A program made the position numbers and the translations under genes. This document shows, piece after piece, positions 1-12,493 of a stretch of DNA of 64,000 bases; positions within the stretch are counted from its first letter, which is position 1; every line of letters starts with the position of its first letter. The notes below the pieces were generated by a model. It was not told the DNA's origin. It saw only the letters and a list, made by a program, of their open reading frames with translations, and did no database searches. The stretch lies in the NCBI RefSeq assembly GCF_009914755.1, contig NC_060930.1; one strand, 5' to 3'. The stretch comes from the human T2T-CHM13v2.0 reference genome, Homo sapiens.

Positions 1-2331
1 TACACTCAGTAACTTAAATATAGAACATAATAAATATGTGTGTTAGTGAGTCTGGAGAGTTGCCACTTTCTATTCACTTACTATCTTACACTACAAGTTG
101 TCCTTTTAAAAGTCCATTTGCATTGTCTCTCCAAATGGAGGGCAGGGCTCATGGCTTACCCTGTCTTGTGATCCTCAGGGATCCTAGCTTTTTCTTTGCC
201 TAACCATAGAAGATGCTCGTTAATGATTGAAGTCTACCGTTTGTTTTATCCAGGAGAGATTGTGATACTCACTGTGCTAGATTTAAAATGGCTCTGTTAT
301 CTCTGAGACTTGGGAAGTCTGTTTTTAATGTATAAGAGAAAAGGTTTTGAGTTGTACAGGATTTTGATTTTTTTTCCCTGTACCATGCAGCTCAGAAGTA
401 AAATAGTTTAGGTCAAAATAAATTGAACAAGAAGAAAGAAGACCTTGCATTCTAGTGCTAGTCTTAGTAATTTCTAGACATATGGTTTTGGACAAATTAA
501 TTGACTTCTTTTGAAACTCTGTTTCTTCATCTGTAAAGACTATTTAAATTGAAATATAGTGGTACTATTTACTTAGTGAAGGACAAAGAGATGTTTACAT
601 ACTGTACTCAAAAGGTCGAACAGATGGGATTATTTTAGATTGAAAGCTCATGTGTGGGAGTCATGCCTTTTGTAAGCCACATAAATTCTCATGGGGTCTG
701 GTAACTTACTGTGTGCCCAGCAGGAACCCAAAAAGTCTTGTCATGGTGATAAATATGACACCATTTAATAAGGTCACATTTAACACAAGGAGAAACTTGG
801 GAAAGAAAACAAAACAAAAATCTAGACCTCATCCCTAGGTACTTTGTATGACTTTGGACAGGTCACTTTACCCCTCTGAACTCTTCAATTGATTCATAAA
901 AAGAACCAAATGCTTAGAAGGGGAGGGCAGGCATATAAATGGAATAGTAGAAAAGATTACTGAGCCCATGAGGTGGGAAGTATAGTACTCTGAAATGTAT
1001 GACACCCTGAAATTGTTGGCCTCCTATATGTATTCTCTTCAAAGGGAGAGACTCCCCAGAAAAATTACTGTTGGACAATACTTGTCAAGACATTTATGGG
1101 AGCTGCTTTGGATACATGGTATGCTTGAATTGAGAAGGAGCTTAAAGATATTTTAGATTAACCTCTTAATTTTACACATGGAAAAAGAAAGTCTCAAGGA
1201 AGTTATACAAATTCTTTAAAATTATATAATGTGTGAGAGAGCTAGCACTAGATTTGCAAGGCTGTGAGCCATTGGGGAATTCAAGTTTGTTTGTTTTGAC
1301 CTATTTTGCTTTTTTTTGAGTTTAAGTGGCAGAAGGTAATCTTATTTTCTTGGTGCCTTACTTTTCAAGAGGCCTTGTCAATGCCCCCTCATTTCTTGTC
1401 TGTAGAAACTAAATAAATCAAAAAAGGAATTAATTTCACAAACATATTATGTGCTAGCCATTCAGTACCCATTGTTGGGCATTGGTAATACAAACTTGCT
1501 ACAAGGCACTTGTTGTCCTTGGATAGATTTTTGTTTTCATTCCTTCACATTGTTAACATTGAGCAATCTGCTTAGTCAGGAAAAGGCAACACATTGTAAA
1601 GGTATGCAGATATAAAAAAGTAGGAGTCCGGTGTATGATTCATTCCTATAGTAGCCTTGGTGTAGCCCAGTCCAAAGGACAATTTCCTCCATTAGACATT
1701 AACTACCATCAATTTCTTCTCTCATGAAATAAACAGATTCTGTCTTGGAAATAGAAATTTTCTCTGCTAATGAGCTTTTTACTACTTGGGAGTCTTCTAT
1801 TTCAATCTGAGACTAAAAGATAGAAGGAGAGGCTTCTCAGGGAGCAGGAAATGGAAATGACAGTAGACCCTAACTCCCTCTCCACCTGTGCATGGATATG
1901 GAAAAGGGCTTTGAAAAAGGCACCACTTATAATAGCACAGTCCAGGGAACTGGGTGTCAAAGTCAATGCCTGTGATGGGAGAGCTGCTCATGCTTCTTAC
2001 AATGTCTTGAATACTCTTAATCCTTTTGCAAATACTTGCTTCGTTGTAAGACAAGTCAAAGCAGATATGACGATGTCTTAGCTGAGGAAGAAATTGTGGC
2101 TTCTTGGATGCAGTATGGCAAAGAGGATTGTCTTTTAAGAATAATAAAAAAGAGTTTTTTTCATTTAAATCTGGTCTAGGAAAAATATCCTCTTGAAACT
2201 CTTTTTACTATTAGTTTTGTTTTCTAAAAAACACTGATCTGAACAAGATTAAATAAGCAAATCAATGGCTTTCTGGGTTTAAAGCAACTGAATTCCTACT
2301 GATCTCCCTTTATACTGAAATTTCAACATAG

Positions 2332-2578
2332 ATTCTTCACAAGAGAAGAAAGATGAACTGAATCCCATATGACACTCAAGAAGATGTAGGACAAGCAAAT
2401 AAAAGTGGTCCCAGGGGAGAAAATAATATTCCCAGCCCTGCAAATGATTCGCTTCTGCCCTATAGTTTGACTCTTCCAAAATCTGGTTTTCAAAACAAAT
2501 TAGTCCACCTCTGAAAAAGGCATGCCGACTTTCCAACTGACAATTATAAAAGTGACCCTGTCTACAAACATCTGATGA
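2332..2578 (+). pseudogene. Candidate decayed coding exon (phase 1/1, one frameshift, one in-frame TGA)
   Basis: Acceptor tttcaacatAG|ATTCT and donor ATGA|GTGAGT. Length 247 nt = 82 codons + 1. The frame from 2371 to 2577 has a single stop (TGA 2512-2514). No homologue recognised. Confidence 0.3.
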
Positions 2579-3147
2579 GTGAGTGTCTAGGTTATAGAAA
2601 CAGAGATACCCTCTTCCAACTGTAATATTTCGGTTAATAGGCTCTGTTTAGAAGATTAATTCTTAATGTCATCATTCATGAATTACAGGGAATGAAAAAC
2701 AGGAGGAAGGGAAGCAGAGAAGGATGTGCTAATGTTACGATGTTTTATAATATTTTCAAACCCTAAGTTCTTCTACCGATCGGACCATGTCACTTAAATT
2801 TAAGGCTCTAATAACATTGGCTTCCAGAAATATTTTCACTTGTATGACTTCACTTATCCTTGATGCCAGAGTTCAAAAGGGTGTATAAATAAGACGGGAG
2901 GAAGGACACATTATCACAGACCAATAAAAATGACAACAAAAATACCTCAAAGCTCTTAACAAGTATAAAGCTAGAAATGATCTGAGTCTTGTGAAAAATA
3001 CTGATTAACACAAAAATGATTTTAAAAGCAATATTCAGAGAAAGTACAGTAATGGAGACCTGGTCCTGGCACAGATAGTGTTACCTTAAAAATATATCAC
3101 AGAGAATGTATAATTATTGACTGTATTTATAAATCTTCTCTATCCAG

Positions 3148-3201
3148 GATCTTCACATCACCAGTATGATGGAATTGAAGCCCAAGATTGGTAATGTTAT
3201 G
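3148..3201 (+). other. Candidate small exon (donor after 3190 or 3201)
   Basis: Branch-like TTGAC near 3117, acceptor tcttctctatccAG, donors TTG|GTAATG and ATG|GTAGGA. Confidence 0.3.
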
Positions 3202-3479
3202 GTAGGAAAACATTCACTTTCTTTAACTCATGTTAAGTATCTAAACAGAAAATTTCATTTTTATAACATAGGAATTTTGTATATTTGGTTTGCAAAATCT
3301 GTTTCGTTCTCCAAAATATGGAAAGCTATGGAAAATGGGGAATGTCTCCCCCTTACCCTAGAAAAATAGATATAAGTTAATATTGCTCCAGTTTTTTTTA
3401 AGTAGACTGCAGAAAAAAAAGAAGCTAGTGATCTTAATACAATTTTTTAAAAACTTTCTAGAAAATTGTATTGAGCTTA

Positions 3480-3870
3480 TCAGCTTGTTTTCATGACTGT
3501 GAGTATTGAACATAGAAAGTGGTGATAATTAGAAATCAGCATTGACTTATTAAAACAATTCATGCCAAAGTAAATTAGTTGCATTTTTATAGTCTTCAGT
3601 GCAGAATTTAATGGAGTATTGGGTTATACATATAGAAATACATGGAAATAAAATATGGTGAGTTTATGTGAATTAATAACTGGCTGAAGACCTATAACCA
3701 AGAACCACCATAAGACAATTTGTGTCCAGTGTCAGGGGGTCTCTATTGGTTTGCAACAAGACTTAGTACTGGGCTGGAACTGTTGAATGTTTTTATCAAT
3801 AAATGTAATGATGAAGTAGAAGTCGGGCATATCCGTTCTGTGTCAAGTACCAAACTTGGCAATATACAGA
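3480..3870 (+). mobile_element. L3/CR1 LINE reverse-transcriptase fossil
   Basis: ORF 3720-3947 has GLELLNVFINKCNDEVEVGHIRSVSSTKLG, matching CR1 LGPVLFNIFINDLDEG..KFADDTKLG. The upstream aaatcagcattgacttattaaaacaattcatgccaaa resembles the NQHGF..KSCQTNL region. Confidence 0.75.
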
Positions 3871-3914
3871 GGCCACACTGTGTGACTGAAAGAATGAAGG
3901 GCTTGCAACTCCTA

Positions 3915-4070
3915 GGGGAGTTTGAATTCCACTTCTTCACTTACTAACTGCTTGGCCCTTGACCTCCAGTTTTTTCATTTGCAAAATGGTAACTGCCTTG
4001 CAGGACTGTGAAGATCACAATAATTCATGGATATGAAGTGTTTAACTTGGTGCTTGGCACAAAGCAAATT
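3915..4070 (+). mobile_element. MIR fragment
   Basis: MIR core tttgaattcc..cacttactaactg..cagttttttcatttgcaaaatgg. Confidence 0.6.
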
Positions 4071-4589
4071 CTGTTTTCCCTGGCTTTCTCCTCCTCTCTT
4101 TCTTGTAAAGTGGATTTTTAAATAAATTTAACTGAGTCACCTAGTGGTTTGGTTCACATTGAATTACAGTCTTAAACAATAAATGATTCCAGTGTATAAA
4201 CCTCTATATCACTTATATGCATGGTTAAAGAGGACCTTATCCTTTATGAAGGATGAATTCAGACATCGCTATTAGCAATTTCTGGTTTATTCTTTCAATG
4301 TTTCCACTTAGCAGAAATGCACACACATACTTATTACATGTTATTTCCCCTTCTTTCTACACAGAAGTTAATGTGATAATTTTCTTTCACGAAGGTGCCA
4401 ATTTGCAGTTTTCTCACTTAATGCATCTTGGAAATCAAGATGTCAATATAATGAGTTTATGCATTTTCAGTAATGAACCTAGTCACTTGGTCCAGATTTT
4501 GCAGGTCAGCAGGAATTTTCCAGGCAGATGGTAGCGGGAATAGCTTTCCAATATGAGGAAACCGGATAGACCAGGGCCCACTTGCTCAC

Positions 4590-5110
4590 TTATTTAATTT
4601 GTTCAAGAAATGTTTGTTGAGTACTTAAACACGCCAGGCCATAGGCTAAATATTTTTTGTTCATGTCATTGAATCCTCACCAAAACCTAATGGATAATAT
4701 TACTATCCTCATTGTACAGATAAGGAAGTTGAGGTTACAAAGACTAAGTCGCTTACCCAAGGTCAGAAAAATACTTAATAGTCTGATTTGGAGCCAGCCT
4801 GTTTTGCAGGAGTTATGCTCATAATTGCACACTCACTTCCAGATAAAAGGCAAGTTGGAGCAGAGAGGGAGGGTTCTAGATGTAGGAACAGCAATGCAAA
4901 TGGCCAAGGGTACAGGAGTTTCAAGTGTAAAGGAGCTAAAATTCTCCACTGTTGAAGCAACTGTGAGTAATATTAGTAGCTGTATTGCGGGAACAAAGTT
5001 GGAAAAAACGTGGCAAGAGGTGAGGCTGAAGATGCAGGCAGGCCTGGCGTGGGTTTGCAGGCCCAGCACTGTGTGGCTTAAATCTTATTCCTTGTGCATG
5101 AGCCAGAGAG
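4590..5110 (-). mobile_element. L2 3' end / MIR / L2 composite
   Basis: L2 tail tttgttgagtactt..ccaggc, then MIR ctcattgtacagataaggaagttgaggtt..cccaaggtca, then L2-like purine-rich sequence. Confidence 0.6.
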
Positions 5111-6439
5111 TGGCATGAGTGTCCTCAGCCCTCATTAGTAACCTCTTGGAGAAGGTGGCTGTGTCAGGCCCTCAGGCTGAGACTAGGAGAGAACACTGAG
5201 GCTTCAAGGCCACGGGTTGAATGGGGCAATTTGCTGCAGGAAACCTGCAGACTTAAAATGCTTTACGAATTACCTTAGAGTGGCACCTGGGATTTCCTGG
5301 GCAATTTGAGGGGTGACTGGAGCTTCTGAAGCTCTTATAGGTCGTGGCTTTGGCTTTTCACAGGGTTGGGGCAGGATACCTTGGGTGTATGTCTAGTATG
5401 ATTAACTAATGTAATCATAGAGCATCTTTATTTTTGTCCCTCACTGTCCCTTTAAATGGATTCAGCTGGGATTCTTCCCTTTATAACGATTGGCAGCCTC
5501 CATGAAATTCTCTGGTCACATTCAGATCATAAAGTCTTGAGACTTTAAGTCTCAAGACATTGTCACATTTGAATCTGTAAGGGTGGCGGGGAAGTTCTCA
5601 CTTGCCTGACACTCACCTGGTGATTGGCATCACTCTCTCTCTGGACTTGGCAGGTAGGTGAAGCAGGCTCATTCTACCATGGGTGCTTTCATGGATTCTC
5701 AGAAGACTGCCTCCTCCGGTCTGCCGCCAGATCAGTGCACTTTCCTGCTTAGGCTGATCCCTTAGTCCCTCTGCAACCAGCAAAACCTTCGGCTTCTGTC
5801 AAGGTGTGAGTGATTCCCTGGGCACTCCTCTTAGAAGGACCTAGGGCAGCCTTGGCTGGCTCAGCTCTGTGTGCGCATCTCATGCACAGCCTCATCCAGA
5901 TCCTTGCTCTACACTCACAAATTCTGGATTCCAGGGACTCCAAACCTGCTACCCCTTCTCAGCACAGCCCCTTTTCTTTGCATTCTGTCAGAAAAGTTAA
6001 TCAGTTTATCTCATGCCTTCTAGGTTTTCAGGTGGTACTCAGACACAAACCTAAACTGCAGAGGACAAACATTAAGTTCTTGGAGTAGTCCTATTGAAGT
6101 TGTTATTCACAGACATGAGCTGAGGGGCCAGCACCTGCTATTGCTCTCTCCAGAAAATTCTTCCTTGAGTTTATGGGCTGGAGGTTAGGGGTGTCTCCCA
6201 CTCCCTTGGAGCAGAGATAGGGTGGTTGTGACTCAGAGCAAAGCCCTCTTAAAATAAATCCTCTCCCTTCCAAAAATTATCTTCTAATCTCCAATGATAG
6301 GCCCTTTTATACCTTTGATGTGGTTGAGGCATCTAAGTGTCATCTAAAAGGCCTCGGTCACTCACTTTGAAACATTTTTGCTTCTTGGTCTATCCACACA
6401 CTCTGGCATGTGCTGGGGCTGAAACCTCCAGTTTAACAT

Positions 6440-7333
6440 CAGATAAATCATAGATATTATACTGAAAATGACGTCCTTTTCCTCTACTTCAGAGTGCTCT
6501 TTCTAGAGTACAAATATGACTGCCTGACTCTCCTGCTTAAAACTCCTCAATGAGTTCTCAGAGTCCTTGCTCGTGCAATGCTTGGAATGTAATAAGGAAG
6601 ACAGACAGCATGAGATAGCATGCAAGGACACAGATAAGCAAAGTGTTGCAAAATCAAACACGTAGAATGCTGAGATAGGGAATAAATGGGGAAGAGGTGA
6701 GGGGAGAGGAGCCAGGCTCTCTAGCTGGCCTTAGAGCAGCAGCATGTAATCAGGAATGCTAAGAGCATAAACTCTTACCTGAGAATGCCTGGGTTCAAAT
6801 TCCAGTACTGTCACCTGTTAGCTATTTGATCTTTGAAGTTACTTATCCTCTCTGTGCCTTGGGTTCCTAATCTGTAAAATGGGAATAGTAATCGTTCCCT
6901 CTTATGATTGTTGTATTCGAGGAGTTACTATTTTTAAGTAGAAGAATGCCTGGCATATTATAAGTGATATATAAAGTTTCTTAAATAAATGTAAAATTCC
7001 ACTGGCTTTTCCTACAGGTTTTAGGCCCTTGCCCTGACTGACCTAAATTTGGCCTGTGCTATTCAGCTTAGCCAGCTCCTTTTCTGAGAAGCTTCCAATG
7101 ATCCTCAACATTCATTCAGGTGTCCTTCTTACATGCTACGATGTATTGTATGCATATTAGTATCACCACAATTATTCCACTGTACTGTAATTGATGCTTT
7201 TTCTCTGTAGACCATAAAAACACTCTACTCTTGAGAGAAGGAACTATATCTTATTTATAGTGGTATAAACAAAGGTTTGGCATATCTGATACCCATTAAA
7301 TATATGATGAATGAATAAATAAATGAATGAGTG
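6440..7333 (+). mobile_element. L2 fragments ending in a (TGAA)n-like 3' tail, interrupted by MIR
   Basis: ctcctgcttaaaactcctcaatg; tail gatgaatgaataaataaatgaatgagtga. Confidence 0.6.
6737..6985 (+). mobile_element. MIR, near full length
   Basis: gcctgggttcaaattccag..ctctctgtgccttgggttcctaatctgtaaaatgggaatagtaat..tgcctggcata. Confidence 0.85.
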
Positions 7334-7596
7334 ACAGAGAAATTCTAATAGATCAGAATAAAACTAATACTTACAATTTGATAGTTTTCTTTCTTTCAAG
7401 ATAAGAACACTCTTCTCTTATTGGTTAGATTTTTCACAGATTCTACATGAAACCATAATCCTCCATGTCATTTATAAGGGAAGGGAATTTAGGGATTTAT
7501 CTTAAATTCGAATTTACAAAAAGCTAAATTGTGTTGGATTGATTACTTCAGCTAAGCATTTACCACATTCATCCAATATATTAAAAATATAATTTA

Positions 7597-7790
7597 ATTT
7601 AATACATATTTATTGAATGCCTTTCTGGGCAAAGCACTGTGAAGGTCTGAACATGAATAAAGTAGGTCCTCTGCCATTCAGCAGCCTATGTTCTAAAAGA
7701 GAAGACAGCGACGCAGAAACCTGTAAAACAAGGGGGAATATAACGAAAGCAAAAGGCTGGGAGATTTAAAGAAGAGAGATTTAGTTTATT
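7597..7790 (-). mobile_element. L2 3' end
   Basis: catatttattgaatgcct..gcactgtg..tgaataa..ggtcctctgcc. Confidence 0.6.
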
Positions 7791-7821
7791 ACCATTTCAT
7801 TTTTAAGAATCTGTTTTGTAA

Positions 7822-8139
<318 letters not shown>

Positions 8140-8399
8140 TGAAGTCTTAATTCCTAATTACTTTGTCTCTTCTTGTTATTAACTTCTTTTCACTTCTTGA
8201 ATTTACTGTACTAACTGCACCAAAAGAATAATTTCTTGATTATATAATTCATGCAGAAATAAAAAAGGCTATTTTACAATTGCCCTTTATTTCCTTTTTT
8301 AAAAAAATTCTGTTTTCCTATCTTTTGTGTGAGCATAGATTAATTTGTATAGCATTTGAGTGGCAACATTCCCCGTGTAAGATATCATTGTTGTCAATA

Positions 8400-8590
8400 T
8401 AGAATTTTAGAGCTTGAAGGAAATTCAGAGATCATCGAGTATATACATTCATAATTTTATTTTATTTTACAAAAAGCAGGAGGTGGAATAACTTGATAAC
8501 AAAGCTAGTTATTAGAACAGCTAAAAGAAAACCCCAACATCCCGAGGCCTAGGACTGTTCTTTTTTCCATTATACCATGCTGCTTCTAGA
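8400..8590 (-). mobile_element. MIR3/MIRc-type fragment
   Basis: tagaattttagagcttgaaggaaattcagagatcatc..ttttacaaa..ttttttccattataccatgctgc. Confidence 0.55.
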
Positions 8591-9087
8591 ATAATTTTAG
8601 GCTATAGGAAATGCAGTCCTGGGGAAGATATTTATAACAAGTCTCTGGCTCATTTAGCATGCTGTTGTTTGGGGTATCCAGCTGCACACTTTGTTCTTGT
8701 CAGTAATACATTATTTCCTGACAATCTGGTTGACAAACGGGATCCCAGCCTCAATGATTTGCACACATCTTTTAAAAAATGATCAGGTTAACTCTTCTAA
8801 ATAGCTTTTTTGTCCTTCACTTATCTTCCGGCATGGAGAAAAGGAAGATTCAAGATCTTCTGTAAGAGTGTAAATCACACACACCGTCAGAACTCTGTTT
8901 ATATAACATTTAGGGTGAAGGTACCCTTTTATGAGCTTTTGTAATCCAACGGAGAATCTCTGAAAGCCACAAAACCTCTCCTGTGCCCTAAAACTAACTA
9001 AGTTTGCTTTTCTAACTTCCCAGTGGGCTAGGATACAAAGTACGTGGACACTCAAAAGGTTTGAAAAGCAAAACAGAATCAAGAGGT

Positions 9088-9120
9088 GGGGGTGGGGAGG
9101 GGAATGTAGGGGTGGCCAAT
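9088..9120 (+). promoter_or_regulatory. Canonical G-quadruplex motif / CACCC boxes followed by GGCCAAT
   Basis: G5-T-G4-A-G4-AATGTA-G4, then GGCCAAT at 9114-9120. Confidence 0.4.
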
Positions 9121-9850
9121 AAGGATTCTTTTACAACTCATAGTTCTCTATTGAAAACTGAGATTTCTGGTCACATTGGGGCAGAATAATTGATAGCAGC
9201 TGCAGACGAGAAGGTTTGAGCATGTATCTCCCCAGGCAATATTTTCTTTGGTATTCTCAATGGTATGTTGAAAGTATAGCAGTTTAATATTGAGTCAGAG
9301 TTTCTTTAGTGAGCTAAGTGAACTAAAACAACTTATTTATTCCATTTTCTTCACAAAAACTTGCCTTATCCCATGTTTTTTCTTAGGCCACCACTGTGTG
9401 GTCATGACATTTGCCTGTCATCAATGTTGGTGATTCTGAGAGACCCTCCTGTAGTAGGGGGTGAATGAACGCAGAGTGCCCACGGGCTGGCACCATTTTG
9501 GCTGCAAACTGGCCTCTCAAAGTCAAGAATCCTTGGCCTATTAGTGAGGAAAAATTCAGGATTATAGGAACGACTTCTCTTTCAGTTCCCATTGCTAGTA
9601 ATAGTAAGATAATGAAGAGGAAATTAATCTTCGAGATGTTTGAAGGTTTTCTTAGTACAGGCAATAAACAAGTTGCAATTTAGGAGATAGTAATACTTCA
9701 AAATGGTGAAAATGAGTCCAAAATATTTCCAAACTAATGCGCTAAAAGGAAGAATGTGGGCATTTTTCAATATAGACTTTCTTCAAAGGGCAAGTCTCTG
9801 ATTCCTTTAAAAAAATATTTCTTTAAAAACTTCACATCTCTTTCCTTTAG

Positions 9851-9972
9851 TGAAGGTTCTCATTTTAAATGTTCCTATTACGATAAATAGAATAAAAAGG
9901 GTATGAAAAGGCTATTAAAATAATTACAGAAGTTCAGGTCATAAATTATCTGTTGATTCAGACTGTCATCAG
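9851..9972 (+). other. Candidate non-coding exon
   Basis: Acceptor cacatctctttcctttAG and consensus donor CAG|GTAAGT. 122 nt with stops in all three frames. Confidence 0.3.
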
Positions 9973-12448
9973 GTAAGTCAATTGCTTCAGTGTTAAGACT
10001 AATTGGCCAGACTAGAGAATTGGCTATAAATGACTTCAGACATCTGGATCAGATCTAAGTCATCAGCTTGGCCAGTGTGATCCAACCTGCATTGAATATT
10101 CCCCTCATTTGAGCAATAGACATTAAGTGTTATTGTGTTACTGGTATTTTGTGATATTAGTTTGCCAATCTGCCACAAAATATGACGGGATTAAACACAC
10201 ACAATATAGGATAATGGTGAGATAATGGGATAATGGTAATCAGCAGCCCAGGTGTCTCATCTGAGAGAAACATGGCCAAATTAAACAGCTAGTGAATGTT
10301 GACTATGGATTGGGTTCATGAGCTAGCTATTTTTTTTTTCAGATTGCTGTGGTTAAGAAAACTCATATTTAACCAGTTTTGCATGGTTCCTAATATATCT
10401 AACCTAGACACTACTATCCAGCTCCATCTCCTCCTTCTCTGCCCCTTGCAAAAATATGAGACCAGAAATGGTTTACACTTCTATATGGGCATGCATGCAT
10501 TTATGTAAGAGTGAATTGTCTAAAAAGTGTCACAGGCTTTTAAAACTAACAATCTCCTGGGCCTGGAAAAATGCAAGATCTCGACAAACGAGGCAATAAA
10601 TGTGGTGGCAAGGCATCCTCTCCTCTGACAACCCCCATAACTTAGGGGTTCACTCAGCTGTTATCCTCTCTGTGTGAACATTGTTAATTTAGTAAAATAC
10701 AATGAAATCAGGACAATTGACAAAATCTGTTCTTATTCACTGCATTTATCTGGTGACCAGGAAAACATTTTCAATGTGACAACAGGCTTAGTCTCTTCTA
10801 GATAAAACTTCTCCTAGTCTTTTACTTGAACTCTTGATAATTTTTTACCTCAACAAAAATAGTCAAACTTTAAAGTTATATTATGCCAATACCTCATTTA
10901 ATTCTATGATTGCAATAAAAGAAGTTGTGCTGCAAAACTAAACTTCCTAAATATCTGAAAGTTGTATTTTTGAACTTCAAACCTTTAAAAAATTGAATTA
11001 TTTTTATTGGAAACATAATTATACTTGAAATTTCTCTGCTTTCTTAAACACCTTAAACGGTATATTAAACATAACTATTTTTATGACTCAGGTATAACTA
11101 TAAATATAAATGTACCAATGCACTTATGGCCCATTAAAAGTTTGAAGCAGTTCACCTTTTCAATAAATCTTTGTATTATCTCAAATTACTATATTTTATT
11201 TGTCTGCTTTTAGTAGTTTTTCTGTTAGCTATTAATCCTTGCCATTCTTGGGGTGCCTACTCTATTACTCAGTTCCATCTCTTTTCCTTTTGCAGTTTCT
11301 AATCTGCTATGGTCTGGGAAGCACATAGCTAGCATTCTTAAAATTTTGTGAAAACAGGAGAAACATGCTTTATGCAGTGAATGAGCTTTACCGTCTGGAT
11401 GTCAGGAAAACTATTTCTCTTGCCCAGAGGCCTTATTTGCTTATGTAGTGGAGGGACACAAATTATTTGCTTTCAGATGACACCAGACTCTTTTCATGGG
11501 GAAATTCTTTGATATCTGATAACTCCACCACTAATGTTCTAGGTGCTTTGATTCTCTGCGGAATGTAGAATGAACACACTCGTAATAATACAAGTGCTTT
11601 TAGGCATGCAAAATGCACATCCTAGCATACATTCTGAGGTGCTTATAGTGCAAAGAAAATGTGTAGTTGTCAGGAAAATGAATGCTCAAAGAATTGACAC
11701 ATAAGTATTGTGGTGTATATGTTTTATTTTAATATGAACTTAGCTATTTTTAGTTAAAATGGGTTAGATAATAATCAATGTATTTGTTTACACCTTCTAA
11801 AAAGGGGAGTTAAGCCAAACTTCACTGGCAGAGAAAAAAATAAGCTAGGTGAAAATTAGAGATAGACAACTTATTGCCATAGAGAGAGAAGTAAAAATCT
11901 CAAAATCTTTACAAGCCTGAGAGGATTGAGGAATCTCTTGCTGAGTGAAAAAAAAAATTTAGTCACTTGAATTAAAATGCTTCCCCTTCGGGAGCAAATG
12001 AAAAATTTAATGTTTTTCTGACGTAGTCACACCTAATATAACAGTCTTTCCTTTGTAAGAGAATTCTCCATCTTAAAATCCTAGAATGCTCTGATGTCCA
12101 AGGCATAGACTCCTTAACAAGCATTTTCATTCTCTTTTTCTGATGCAGGAAGCTTCTTTAGTAGGTCACAAATAAACTTTAATTGCATTTTGTAATTAAA
12201 AACATGTTCAAATGATTACTAACTTTTAAAAACCCTTAATATGAAGTACTTTCATTCTTTTTTTAAATAGAAGTTTTGCAAAGACTTAGGAAAGTGTCCT
12301 AGAAAAGTATATGTGAATTTGTGTTTCTTTTAAAAAAATTATTCAGCCCAAATTGTTCCTCTTTAACCTTTTGTACATCTTTTCTAAGTTGTTAATTTGC
12401 TCCAGTGTTGTTGGGATAGTTGTGTGGTTCCATCTGCTTCTCTCTCTC

Positions 12449-12450
<2 letters not shown>

Positions 12451-12492
<42 letters not shown>
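12451..12492. repeat. (TG)21 microsatellite
   Basis: Perfect TG run. Confidence 0.98.

Positions 12493-12493
<1 letters not shown>

Noticed and set aside
1737-2045. 309-nt AG..GT segment in phase with the 2332 candidate exon
   Set aside because: Five stops in 103 codons is about random expectation, and the splice sites are only moderate.
9383-9683. Overlapping 93-aa and 72-aa ORFs in unique DNA
   Set aside because: No recognisable domain, and the lengths are within chance for 64 kb.
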